64,000 bases of DNA from Streptococcaceae bacterium. Lineage in GTDB: Bacteria > Bacillota > Bacilli > Lactobacillales > Streptococcaceae. The DNA is taken from the NCBI GenBank assembly GCA_031254295.1, contig JAIRUS010000046.1:2973-66972 (forward strand). Direction: 5' to 3'. Positions 56,210 to 64,000 of this stretch are shown piece by piece (position 1 is the first letter of the stretch; every line of letters starts with the position of its first letter). A model generated the notes under the pieces. The model was not told the DNA's origin. It ran no database searches and was given only the letters and a program-made list of their open reading frames with translations. Position numbers and translations under genes: made by a program.

Positions 56210-56518
56210 ATGGTGTTCTTTCGCAGAAAAAAGACAAAAGAGAATGAAAAGAAATTTGAAGAAGTGGCGTCTAATCAAGAGGGTTGGGAAGAACTTCCGG
56301 CCTATATCCTTGCAGATGCAAAAGATATTAAGACAGTCTCAATCATAGCAAGTAGTCTCTTGGCTGGGGACTATCCTGAGTCTAAGTTTACAGTCAAAAA
56401 GATTTGGCAACGTAATCCAGAAGTAGAGTTAGTTTCAGTGATTGCCACAGCTCTGACTGCAAGAGAAAATACAAGCTCAGTCAAAGTGACAAAAATTAGT
56501 AAGAAATTAGCAAATTAG
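56210..56518 (+). CDS. OadH-like oxaloacetate decarboxylase accessory subunit
   Basis: WEELPAYI, internally duplicated VS.IA....A motif; position before oadD as in Enterococcus. Confidence 0.7.
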   Translation: MVFFRRKKTKENEKKFEEVASNQEGWEELPAYILADAKDIKTVSIIASSLLAGDYPESKFTVKKIWQRNPEVELVSVIATALTARENTSSVKVTKISKKLAN

Positions 56519-56551
56519 TAAATTAGCAAACTAGTAAATTGGAAAGAGGAA

Positions 56552-56932
56552 ATGATGTTACGTAAATTTAAAATCCGCATTGACGGAAAAGAATATCTGG
56601 TTGAAATGGAGGAAGAAGGTGTTGCGCAAGCTCCTCTTGCCCCACAAGCAGCAGTTGTATCAGAAAGCGCACCCACTCCAGCACCCACTATTCCAACAGA
56701 AATTGTAACTGTAGCAGGTGAAGGCGCACTTCTGGCTCCCATGCCGGGTGCGATCTTGAAAGTTTTGGTAAATGTCGGAGACACAGTTGAGGAAAATCAG
56801 CCCGTCATGATTCTTGAAGCCATGAAAATGGAAAATCAGATTGTGGCGGACAAGACAGGTAGTGTATCAGGCATCCACGTCACAGTCGGAAATCAAGTAA
56901 ATCCGGGTGATGCCCTGATAACAATTGTATAA
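56552..56932 (+). CDS. oadD: Biotin carboxyl carrier subunit of oxaloacetate decarboxylase
   Basis: APMPG, LEAMKMEN. Confidence 0.9.
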   Translation: MMLRKFKIRIDGKEYLVEMEEEGVAQAPLAPQAAVVSESAPTPAPTIPTEIVTVAGEGALLAPMPGAILKVLVNVGDTVEENQPVMILEAMKMENQIVADKTGSVSGIHVTVGNQVNPGDALITIV

Positions 56933-56943
56933 GGAGAGAAGAC

Positions 56944-58059
56944 TTGGAGACTTTACTACACGGAATCACACAAATGGGAGCAGAGCCTGGGCGTATCGTT
57001 ATGATGCTGGTTGGTGCTGTTCTCATGTACCTAGGAATCAAAAAAGACTATGAACCAACCCTGCTCGTTCCGATGGGACTTGGGGCTATTCTTGTCAATT
57101 TTCCCAATACGGGTGTCTTACAGACTGGTTCTGATGCTGGACCTTTCAAGGTATTATTTGATGCTGGAATTAATACTGAACTTTTTCCGCTTTTACTTTT
57201 TATAGGAATTGGTGCCATGATTGACTTTGGCCCGATCCTCCAAAATCCTTTCTTGCTACTTTTCGGTGCAGCTGCTCAGTTTGGCATTTTCTTTACGATT
57301 ATAGTGGCGACTTTGCTCGGTTTTCATATGAACGATGCCGCTTCAATCGGAATTATCGGTGCTGCAGATGGCCCAACCTCGATATTTGTAGCCAATACCT
57401 TGCATTCGCAATATCTTGGTGCCATCATGGTTGCAGCATACAGCTATATGGCCTTAGTTCCGATTATCCAACCTGTTGCGATTCGGGCGGTGACAACGAA
57501 ACATGAGCGACGCATTCGGATGACTTATCGCGCAGGGGAAGTGTCACAAACAGCCAAAATTCTTTTCCCAATCGTCATTACGGTTATTGCTGGACTGATA
57601 GCGCCTGTTTCGCTTCCACTAGTTGGCTTCCTCATGTTTGGAAATCTGTTACGTGAATGTGGTGTGCTTGAGCGCTTATCGCTGACAGCTCAAAATGAAC
57701 TTGTGAATATCATTTCTATCCTGCTCGGTCTAACAGTCTCAGTCAAACTTGAGTATCATGATTTTTTGAAGGTCAATACCCTCATCGTCATCGCTCTCGG
57801 ACTTGTGGCCTTTACGATGGATTCTATCGGTGGCGTACTGTTTGCTAAACTTCTAAATCTTTTCCGTAAAGAGAAAATCAATCCAATGATTGGTGCTGCA
57901 GGTATATCTGCCTTCCCGATGAGTTCTCGTGTTATTCAAAAAATGGCAACGGCTGAAGATCCGCAAAACTTTATTCTCATGCACGCCGCAGGTGCCAATG
58001 TCGCAGGGCAAATTGCCTCCGTTATCGCAGGTGGGCTTGTTCTGGCTCTGTTGGCCTAA
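56944..58059 (+). CDS. oadB: Na+-translocating decarboxylase beta subunit
   Basis: YEPTLLVPMG, IGAADGPT, GISAFPMS. Confidence 0.95.
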   Translation: METLLHGITQMGAEPGRIVMMLVGAVLMYLGIKKDYEPTLLVPMGLGAILVNFPNTGVLQTGSDAGPFKVLFDAGINTELFPLLLFIGIGAMIDFGPILQNPFLLLFGAAAQFGIFFTIIVATLLGFHMNDAASIGIIGAADGPTSIFVANTLHSQYLGAIMVAAYSYMALVPIIQPVAIRAVTTKHERRIRMTYRAGEVSQTAKILFPIVITVIAGLIAPVSLPLVGFLMFGNLLRECGVLERLSLTAQNELVNIISILLGLTVSVKLEYHDFLKVNTLIVIALGLVAFTMDSIGGVLFAKLLNLFRKEKINPMIGAAGISAFPMSSRVIQKMATAEDPQNFILMHAAGANVAGQIASVIAGGLVLALLA

Positions 58060-58074
58060 CTGAAAGGAGACCTA

Positions 58075-58221
58075 ATGTCTGAAAATTTATCTAAAGCCTT
58101 TGAACTCCTGACTTTTGGTTGGGGTGGCGTCTTTGTAGTCTTAATCATTATCATTTTTGCTTCTTGGGCGCTGAGTCGCCTATTTCCTGCCAAGAAGCCC
58201 GACGAGACGAAAGGAAGCTAA
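58075..58221 (+). CDS. oadG: Small gamma-type decarboxylase subunit (48 aa, 1 TM)
   Basis: MSENLSKAFELLTFGWGGVFVVLIIIIFASWALSRLFPAKKPDETKGS*; AAAGGAG RBS; not in the track. Confidence 0.8.
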   Translation: MSENLSKAFELLTFGWGGVFVVLIIIIFASWALSRLFPAKKPDETKGS

Positions 58222-58222
58222 G

Positions 58223-59623
58223 ATGATGAGAAAAATTCAATTCATGGAGACAGTCTTGAGAGATGGAAATCAATCACAGATTGCTACTCGGATGCCGATA
58301 ACGGATATGCTCCCGGTTCTTTCGACGTTGGATCAGGCTGGTTACAGGGCTTTGGAAGTCTGGGGAGGCGCAACATTTGATGCCTGCCTTCGCTTTTTAA
58401 ATGAGGATCCTTGGGAACGTCTGCGTTTGATTCGTGCCCAAGTGAAAGATACAAAGCTACAAATGCTCCTGCGAGGACAAAATCTTCTCGGCTATCGGCA
58501 TTATGCTGATGATGTGGTTGAAAAGTTTGTCGTAAAGTCAGTTGAAAATGGCATTGATGTGATACGTATTTTTGATGCCCTGAATGACACACGCAATATA
58601 CGGACAGCTCTCGAGGCGACAAAAAAAGCTGGAGCAGAAGCGCAGGCTGCAATTGCCTACACGACTTCGGACTTTCATACGCTAGAGTATTTTGTAAATC
58701 TGGCAGATGAAATGGCCCAAATGGGCGCAGACTCCATCTGTATCAAGGATATGGCAGGTGTCTTGCTACCGGAGACAGCCTACAAGCTCGTTTCACAAAT
58801 TAAAGACAAAATAGATTTACCACTTGAAATACATTGCCATGCAACAGCAGGTGTCTCTGAAATGACCTATTTAAAAGCTGTAGAAGCTGGTGCGGACATC
58901 ATTGACACCTGTATTTCAAGCTTTTCAAGTGGAACCTCGCAGCCGGCAAGCGAATCAATGGCAATTGCCCTTGAAAATCTAGGTTTTGAAACAGGTCTAA
59001 AACTCGAAAAACTTACAGTCATTGCTGGGCATTTTGATTCTGTACGTGATCGTTTTAGAGATGAAAAAATCCTCAACCCGAAAGTTAAGGATATAGATCC
59101 TAAAGCCCTGATTTACCAAGTACCTGGTGGTATGTTGTCAAATCTCATGAGTCAACTGCAGGAACAGGGGATTTCAGAAAAATATGAAGAAGTTCTGAAA
59201 GAAGTACCTAAGGTTCGAGCAGATTTAGGATTTCCACCTCTCGTAACACCTTTGTCACAGATGGTGGGGACACAAGCTGTTATGAACGTTGTAACAGGTG
59301 AGCGCTACAAACTTATCCCGCAGGAAGTCAAAGACTATGTAGCAGGGGGATATGGAAAGCCACCCGTTGAGATTTTGCCAGAGATTCGTCAAAAAATCAT
59401 TGGTCAAATAGCAGTTGAGACAGGACGACCAGCCGATAAGCTAAAGCCAGAATTTGACCGTCTGAAAGCAGAAATTTCTCCTTATGCGAAGTCAGACGAG
59501 GACGTCTTGGATTATGCACTGTTTCCAAAGCAGGGACGAGATTTTCTCGGCCGTCGAGAAGATCCATTTTATGACATTCCGATACAAACAGTCGACCTTA
59601 AAATTGATCTCAAATTTCTTTAA
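58223..59623 (+). CDS. oadA: Oxaloacetate decarboxylase alpha (carboxyltransferase) subunit
   Basis: LRDGNQS, WGGATFD, IKDMAG, HCHAT, QVPGGM, PPLVTP; no biotin domain. Confidence 0.93.
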   Translation: MMRKIQFMETVLRDGNQSQIATRMPITDMLPVLSTLDQAGYRALEVWGGATFDACLRFLNEDPWERLRLIRAQVKDTKLQMLLRGQNLLGYRHYADDVVEKFVVKSVENGIDVIRIFDALNDTRNIRTALEATKKAGAEAQAAIAYTTSDFHTLEYFVNLADEMAQMGADSICIKDMAGVLLPETAYKLVSQIKDKIDLPLEIHCHATAGVSEMTYLKAVEAGADIIDTCISSFSSGTSQPASESMAIALENLGFETGLKLEKLTVIAGHFDSVRDRFRDEKILNPKVKDIDPKALIYQVPGGMLSNLMSQLQEQGISEKYEEVLKEVPKVRADLGFPPLVTPLSQMVGTQAVMNVVTGERYKLIPQEVKDYVAGGYGKPPVEILPEIRQKIIGQIAVETGRPADKLKPEFDRLKAEISPYAKSDEDVLDYALFPKQGRDFLGRREDPFYDIPIQTVDLKIDLKFL

Positions 59624-59634
59624 TAAATCTTGTT

Positions 59635-60573
59635 CTAGTTCATGTTCATCTCAGCTAGGATACGCTGTGCTACATCTTCGGATAGGATGACATCTGTAAA
59701 GAACTTGCCACGGAGAGCTCCTAGTGTGGATTGAGCCTTAAATTTACTAGGGATAACACCAATTCTGGTCGGAGTTCTGAGAACTTGGAGCATAGACAGT
59801 CCAAAAACATTGTCAACATCAGGATGAATGAGGATTTTACCGTTAATGTCAAAAGGACGCCCATAGCACATTCCTGCAACCTCATTGAGATTGACATTAG
59901 GGAATATCTTGTGAATATTGGTTCGCCAGGTTGGTATTGAATTGACAGAGGCGAGAGTGCCAAGACCAGAGAAAAGCATGTTCATTCGCTTCGCTGCGGC
60001 GATTGCGTCTACAGCTGCAATGTCTCGTATCAATCCGATGCGACTTGTTTTGTCTAAAATGTAAAGAGGACCAGATAACGTGATAAAATCAGAGGAGAAC
60101 TTTTGAGCAGCATTTTCTACCATGCGACGCGAGCCAGCTAGCGACTTATATTTGCGATTTTCGCCCATAAACTGAGTAAAGGTTAGCCCCTCTCGTTCAG
60201 TTGGGGTGAAATGGTCCATGACTTCATACATGGTTGTTCCCCAAAGCGTTCCAACGATTGAACTTTTCATAATTTCCTGTTGAATATAGTCGGCCGCAAA
60301 TTTAATCAAATTCTTGCGCCCAGTACTCCCTCCACCATTTTCGATAATGGCAATCTCGTGGATATCAAAGAGTTTGTGAAAAACTTGTTCCAGCTCGTGA
60401 TTACGCTGAAGTGAAGAAGCAATAGAAATTGTGACAATACCAGAGTCACGTGCCTCGTCAAGATATTTGTTGACCAAATAGCGACTCAATGAGTATTTTT
60501 CTGCTAAATCTGCAAAGCTCATTTTTTTGAGATAAAAATCTTTTGCAAGATTGGATAATAAGTCGATGTTCAT
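59635..60573 (-). CDS. SorC/DeoR-family citrate regulator (CitI/CitR-like)
   Basis: N-terminal HTH (LAEKYSLSRYLVNKYL), sugar-binding domain; divergent from citC. Confidence 0.85.
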   Translation of the reverse strand: MNIDLLSNLAKDFYLKKMSFADLAEKYSLSRYLVNKYLDEARDSGIVTISIASSLQRNHELEQVFHKLFDIHEIAIIENGGGSTGRKNLIKFAADYIQQEIMKSSIVGTLWGTTMYEVMDHFTPTEREGLTFTQFMGENRKYKSLAGSRRMVENAAQKFSSDFITLSGPLYILDKTSRIGLIRDIAAVDAIAAAKRMNMLFSGLGTLASVNSIPTWRTNIHKIFPNVNLNEVAGMCYGRPFDINGKILIHPDVDNVFGLSMLQVLRTPTRIGVIPSKFKAQSTLGALRGKFFTDVILSEDVAQRILAEMNMN

Positions 60574-60635
60574 TTATTCAGTATAACACTTTTTAAAAAT
60601 TTAAAATTTATTTTTAAAATAAGAAAAGAAATCCT

Positions 60636-61685
60636 ATGGAAAAAATACAAGATATATTATTGAAAATTCCAAGTATGAGAAAGCAGTGGCAAGATTTTCT
60701 CAGAGCTTTTCATTTACGTCCGCCAGATGACCTATCACAGCTTGATGAAACGGTGGGAATCTATGATGAAGTAACAGGGGAGCTTCTTGCTTGTGGATCG
60801 TTGAAGGCAAATGTGATTCAGCTTGTTGCAACTTGCAGGGAGGAACAGGTATCATCGCGATTTAATGCGATACTAACAGAACTTGGTCGACGCTTAGCGC
60901 TTCGGGAGATTTACCACAGCTTTGTTTTCACAAAACCTGAGTATCGTCAAAGTTTTGAATATCTTGGATTTCATGAGTTGGTTAGGACAGATCGGGCAGT
61001 GCTCCTCGAAAAAGGTAAGCCAGATATTCAGGACTTTTTGATAAACTTTGATTTGCCAGAAAAAACAAAAGGAAAAAGTATTGCCAGCATCGTCATGAAT
61101 GCAAATCCGTTCACGCTGGGACATCTCTCACTGGTAAAAAAAGCGGTGGCGGAGAATGACCTCGTATATGTTTTCGTCCTTGCGGCTGACGGCTCACTCT
61201 TTAGTCCAATAGAAAGATTAGAGCTGGTGAGAAAGGCTTGCGTAGATTTGGATAATGTAATGGTTAGCTCGGGTGGTGACTATATGGTCAGTTTTGCGAC
61301 TTTCCCAAGTTATTTTATCCCCGATGAAGCTGAAATCGTCCGATATCAGACAGAGCTAGATGCAAAGCTGTTCGGTAGATGGATAGTTCCAAATCTAGGT
61401 ATCACGAGTCGCTATCTGGGGGAAGAACCATTTTCCCCCACGACTGAAATTTATAATAAAACTTTGCTCCAAGAACTAGGCACACAGATAGAGGTCAAGA
61501 TTGTTCCACGAGAAAAGACAGCCAAGGGCGAGATCATCTCAGCTACTCAAGTGCGTCTTGCGATAAAAGCGGGGAATATCCCAGATATTAAAGAATTTCT
61601 ACCGTCAACGACTTATGCCTTTATCTTAGAAAATCTGGAAAACCTCCGAGAGAGAGAAGTAAAAAAGAACTATAGAAAGAAGTAA
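60636..61685 (+). CDS. citC: [Citrate lyase] ligase
   Basis: IVMNANPFTLGH, SFATFPSYF, RYLGEEP, ISATQVR. Confidence 0.95.
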   Translation: MEKIQDILLKIPSMRKQWQDFLRAFHLRPPDDLSQLDETVGIYDEVTGELLACGSLKANVIQLVATCREEQVSSRFNAILTELGRRLALREIYHSFVFTKPEYRQSFEYLGFHELVRTDRAVLLEKGKPDIQDFLINFDLPEKTKGKSIASIVMNANPFTLGHLSLVKKAVAENDLVYVFVLAADGSLFSPIERLELVRKACVDLDNVMVSSGGDYMVSFATFPSYFIPDEAEIVRYQTELDAKLFGRWIVPNLGITSRYLGEEPFSPTTEIYNKTLLQELGTQIEVKIVPREKTAKGEIISATQVRLAIKAGNIPDIKEFLPSTTYAFILENLENLREREVKKNYRKK

Positions 61686-61689
61686 CAAA

Positions 61690-61980
61690 ATGGAGCTTAA
61701 AAAAACGGCAGTAGCCGGCACGCTTGAGTCCTCAGATCTTCAAATCACCATTTCGCCAGCAATAAATGGTCTGAGCTTTGAGCTAACAAGCGATGTTAAA
61801 AAACAATTTGGCGATCAAATCATCGCGACGATTGAAGATGTTCTAAAGAAATATGAGATAGAAAATGCTACGATACAGATTGTGGATAAGGGAGCGCTAG
61901 ATCTCGTGATTCGTGCGCGGGCGGTAGCAGCCGTTGAGCGTGCCCTTGAAACTGAAGATATTAACTGGGAGGCGCTCTAA
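61690..61980 (+). CDS. citD: Citrate lyase acyl carrier protein
   Basis: AGTLESSD, DKGALD. Confidence 0.95.
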   Translation: MELKKTAVAGTLESSDLQITISPAINGLSFELTSDVKKQFGDQIIATIEDVLKKYEIENATIQIVDKGALDLVIRARAVAAVERALETEDINWEAL

Positions 61981-62912
61981 TGGCTGAAAAATTACGTCGG
62001 ACGATGATGTTTGTGCCAGGAAATAATCCAGCAATGATAAAAGACGCTGGAATTTTTGGTGCCGATTCAATCATGTTTGACCTTGAAGACGCAGTTTCTC
62101 TATCTGAAAAGGATGTGGCAAGGCTGCTGGTCTATGAAGCGGTCAAAAATATTGATTATGGAGAGGCAGAGCTGGTTGTGCGAATCAATGGTCTCGACAC
62201 GGCCTTTTGGAAGCAAGACGTTCGTGCCATGGTAAAGGCTGGCATCGAAGTCATTCGTGCGCCTAAAGTTGAGACCGCTGCTATGATGGAAGAGCTCTCG
62301 GCAGAAATTGAAAAGGCCGAACTCGAGTTTGGTCTTGAAGTCGGGAAAATTCAGGTCATGGCTGCGCTTGAATCAGCTCTTGGTGTCATGAATGCCTTCG
62401 AAGTGGCACGGAGTGTGCCAGAACGCATGATGGGAATTGCGCTTTCGGGTATGGATTACCGTGTTGATATGAAGACAAAAACATATCCAGATGAGGAAGA
62501 ACTGTACTTTGCACGCAATATGGTGCTTCATGCTGCAAGAGCCGCTGGTATCGCCGCGTTTGATACAGTTTATGGAAATGTGGATGACGAATCAGGTTTC
62601 CTACGGGGAGTAGAGCTGATTCATAAACTCGGATTTGACGGCAAGTCAGTAATCAACCCACGTCAAATTCCACTTGTGGACAAGGTCTATACACCAACAG
62701 AAAAAGAAATCTTAGAGGCTCAGAAGATTATGCTAGCCATCGAAGAAGCCAAAGCCAAAGGCTCAGGCGTCATCAGCTTAGATGGAGAAATGATTGACCG
62801 CCCTATTGTATTGCGTGCAGAGCGGATTATCCAGCTTGCAAAAGCTGTTGGCGTTCTTGCTGAAGATAAGCCGATGAATGAAAAGGAAAAGGAGGAAGAG
62901 AATGCAAAATAA
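61980..62912 (+). CDS. citE: Citrate lyase beta subunit
   Basis: [30 protein letters not shown]. Confidence 0.95.
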   Translation: MAEKLRRTMMFVPGNNPAMIKDAGIFGADSIMFDLEDAVSLSEKDVARLLVYEAVKNIDYGEAELVVRINGLDTAFWKQDVRAMVKAGIEVIRAPKVETAAMMEELSAEIEKAELEFGLEVGKIQVMAALESALGVMNAFEVARSVPERMMGIALSGMDYRVDMKTKTYPDEEELYFARNMVLHAARAAGIAAFDTVYGNVDDESGFLRGVELIHKLGFDGKSVINPRQIPLVDKVYTPTEKEILEAQKIMLAIEEAKAKGSGVISLDGEMIDRPIVLRAERIIQLAKAVGVLAEDKPMNEKEKEEENAK

Positions 62913-64000
62913 AGCAGGGAGAGAATTACCCGATCAACTGATGACAGAGCTTGGCTATGAAGCTTTTGAAACGACAGACTACGGAAACAAAGTGACACAG
63001 CGCATTGCACCAAAAGTCAGAGCTTCAACGGCAGAAAATAAACTTGTGGCTTCGCTTGAAGAAGCAGTAAGACTGTCTGTCAAAGACGGGATGACAATTT
63101 CTTTTCATCATCATTTTCGTGAAGGCGATTTTGTTTTTAATATGGTCATGCGTATTATCATTGAGGCGGGCTATAAAAATTTGACGATTGCGCCCTCCTC
63201 GCTCACAAATGTCATGAATGATATTTTGGTTGAAGCAATCGAGAAAGGCTGTGTCACGAATATTACCTCATCAGGAATGAGGGGGAGTTTGGGAGATGCC
63301 GTATCGCACGGTGCCCTAAAAAATCCAGTCATATTTCGTAGCCATGGTGGACGTGCGCGTGCTATTGAAGAGGGGACGATAAAAATTGATGTCGCCTTTC
63401 TAGGCGTCCCCAACTCGGATGAAATGGGAAATGCTAACGGAATGGACGGAGAGACGGCATTTGGCTCACTCGGCTATGCTCTGATGGACGCAGCTTATGC
63501 CGACAAGGTCATTCTCGTCACAGATAATCTTGTCGCCTATCCTAATACACCTGCCTCAATCAGACAAACACAGGTGGATATGATTGTCAAAGTAGAGGCA
63601 GTCGGAGACCCCACTAAAATCGGAGCAGGCGCAACACGCTTTACCAAGGATCCAAAAGAGCTAAAAATAGCTCAAACAGTCAATGACGTTATCATAAATT
63701 CTCCTTATTTTAAAGATGGTTTTAGTTTTCAAACTGGAACAGGTGGTGCCGCCCTTGCTGTGAGCCGTTTTCTTCGCCAGTCGATGATTGAGAAAAATAT
63801 TAAGGCCTCCTTTGCTTTAGGTGGGATCACTTCCCCGATGGTAGAACTCTTAGAGGAGGGACTTGTTGCCAAGCTCATGGATGTACAAGACTTTGATGCT
63901 GGTGCTGCGCAATCCATGCACAAAAATAAGGCGCAGCAAGAAATCGACGCTTCATGGTATGCCGATCCTGCGAATAAAGGAGCCATGGTTGACAAACTTG
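62902..64000 (+). CDS. citF: Citrate lyase alpha subunit; runs off the window end
   Basis: Manual translation [10 protein letters not shown]...[15 protein letters not shown]...SHGGRARAI...FQTGTGGA. Confidence 0.93.
   Translation, partial: MQNKAGRELPDQLMTELGYEAFETTDYGNKVTQRIAPKVRASTAENKLVASLEEAVRLSVKDGMTISFHHHFREGDFVFNMVMRIIIEAGYKNLTIAPSSLTNVMNDILVEAIEKGCVTNITSSGMRGSLGDAVSHGALKNPVIFRSHGGRARAIEEGTIKIDVAFLGVPNSDEMGNANGMDGETAFGSLGYALMDAAYADKVILVTDNLVAYPNTPASIRQTQVDMIVKVEAVGDPTKIGAGATRFTKDPKELKIAQTVNDVIINSPYFKDGFSFQTGTGGAALAVSRFLRQSMIEKNIKASFALGGITSPMVELLEEGLVAKLMDVQDFDAGAAQSMHKNKAQQEIDASWYADPANKGAMVDKL

Overview
Low-GC Firmicute chromosome segment. Gene content, rpsU and the CiaR-type boxes suggest Streptococcaceae (Lactococcus/Lactovum-like); this is inferred, not proven. 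Left to right: (1) gldA / PTS IIA-C-B / RpiR / YcjM-like GH13_18 phosphorylase / HAD cluster, bounded by a tyrosine recombinase with a perfect 13-7-13 inverted repeat upstream of it; (2) purine riboswitch plus an atypical adenosine-deaminase-family gene, and osmC; (3) LXG/T7SSb effector locus A; (4) oxidoreductase, MazEF-like TA pair, rpsU; (5) LacI + sugar ABC + DUF1861 + GH130 + PMM-like HAD, a probable beta-1,2-mannoside locus; (6) an unannotated two-peptide operon behind phased CiaR-like boxes; (7) RpiR + GH4 + alpha-glucoside PTS + SemiSWEET; (8) three tandem csRNA-like small-RNA genes; (9) ABC exporter, MFS, a CiaR-box csRNA and an osmoprotectant ABC; (10) frameshifted LXG locus B with duplicated two-gene membrane cassettes and a DUF4176-WXG100-like fusion, a further csRNA, an ECF module, luxS, an LPxTG pullulanase and bioY; (11) a 940-aa signal-peptide/MucBP protein followed by a tandem array of immunity-like genes, a candidate Sec-exported polymorphic toxin system; (12) birA and a CsoR/CoA-disulfide reductase/rhodanese operon; (13) citrate fermentation genes (CitMHS transporter, oadHDBGA, CitI-type regulator, citCDEF). 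I recognised no tRNA, rRNA, CRISPR array or IS transposase. All family assignments come from reading motifs by eye; no database search was run.
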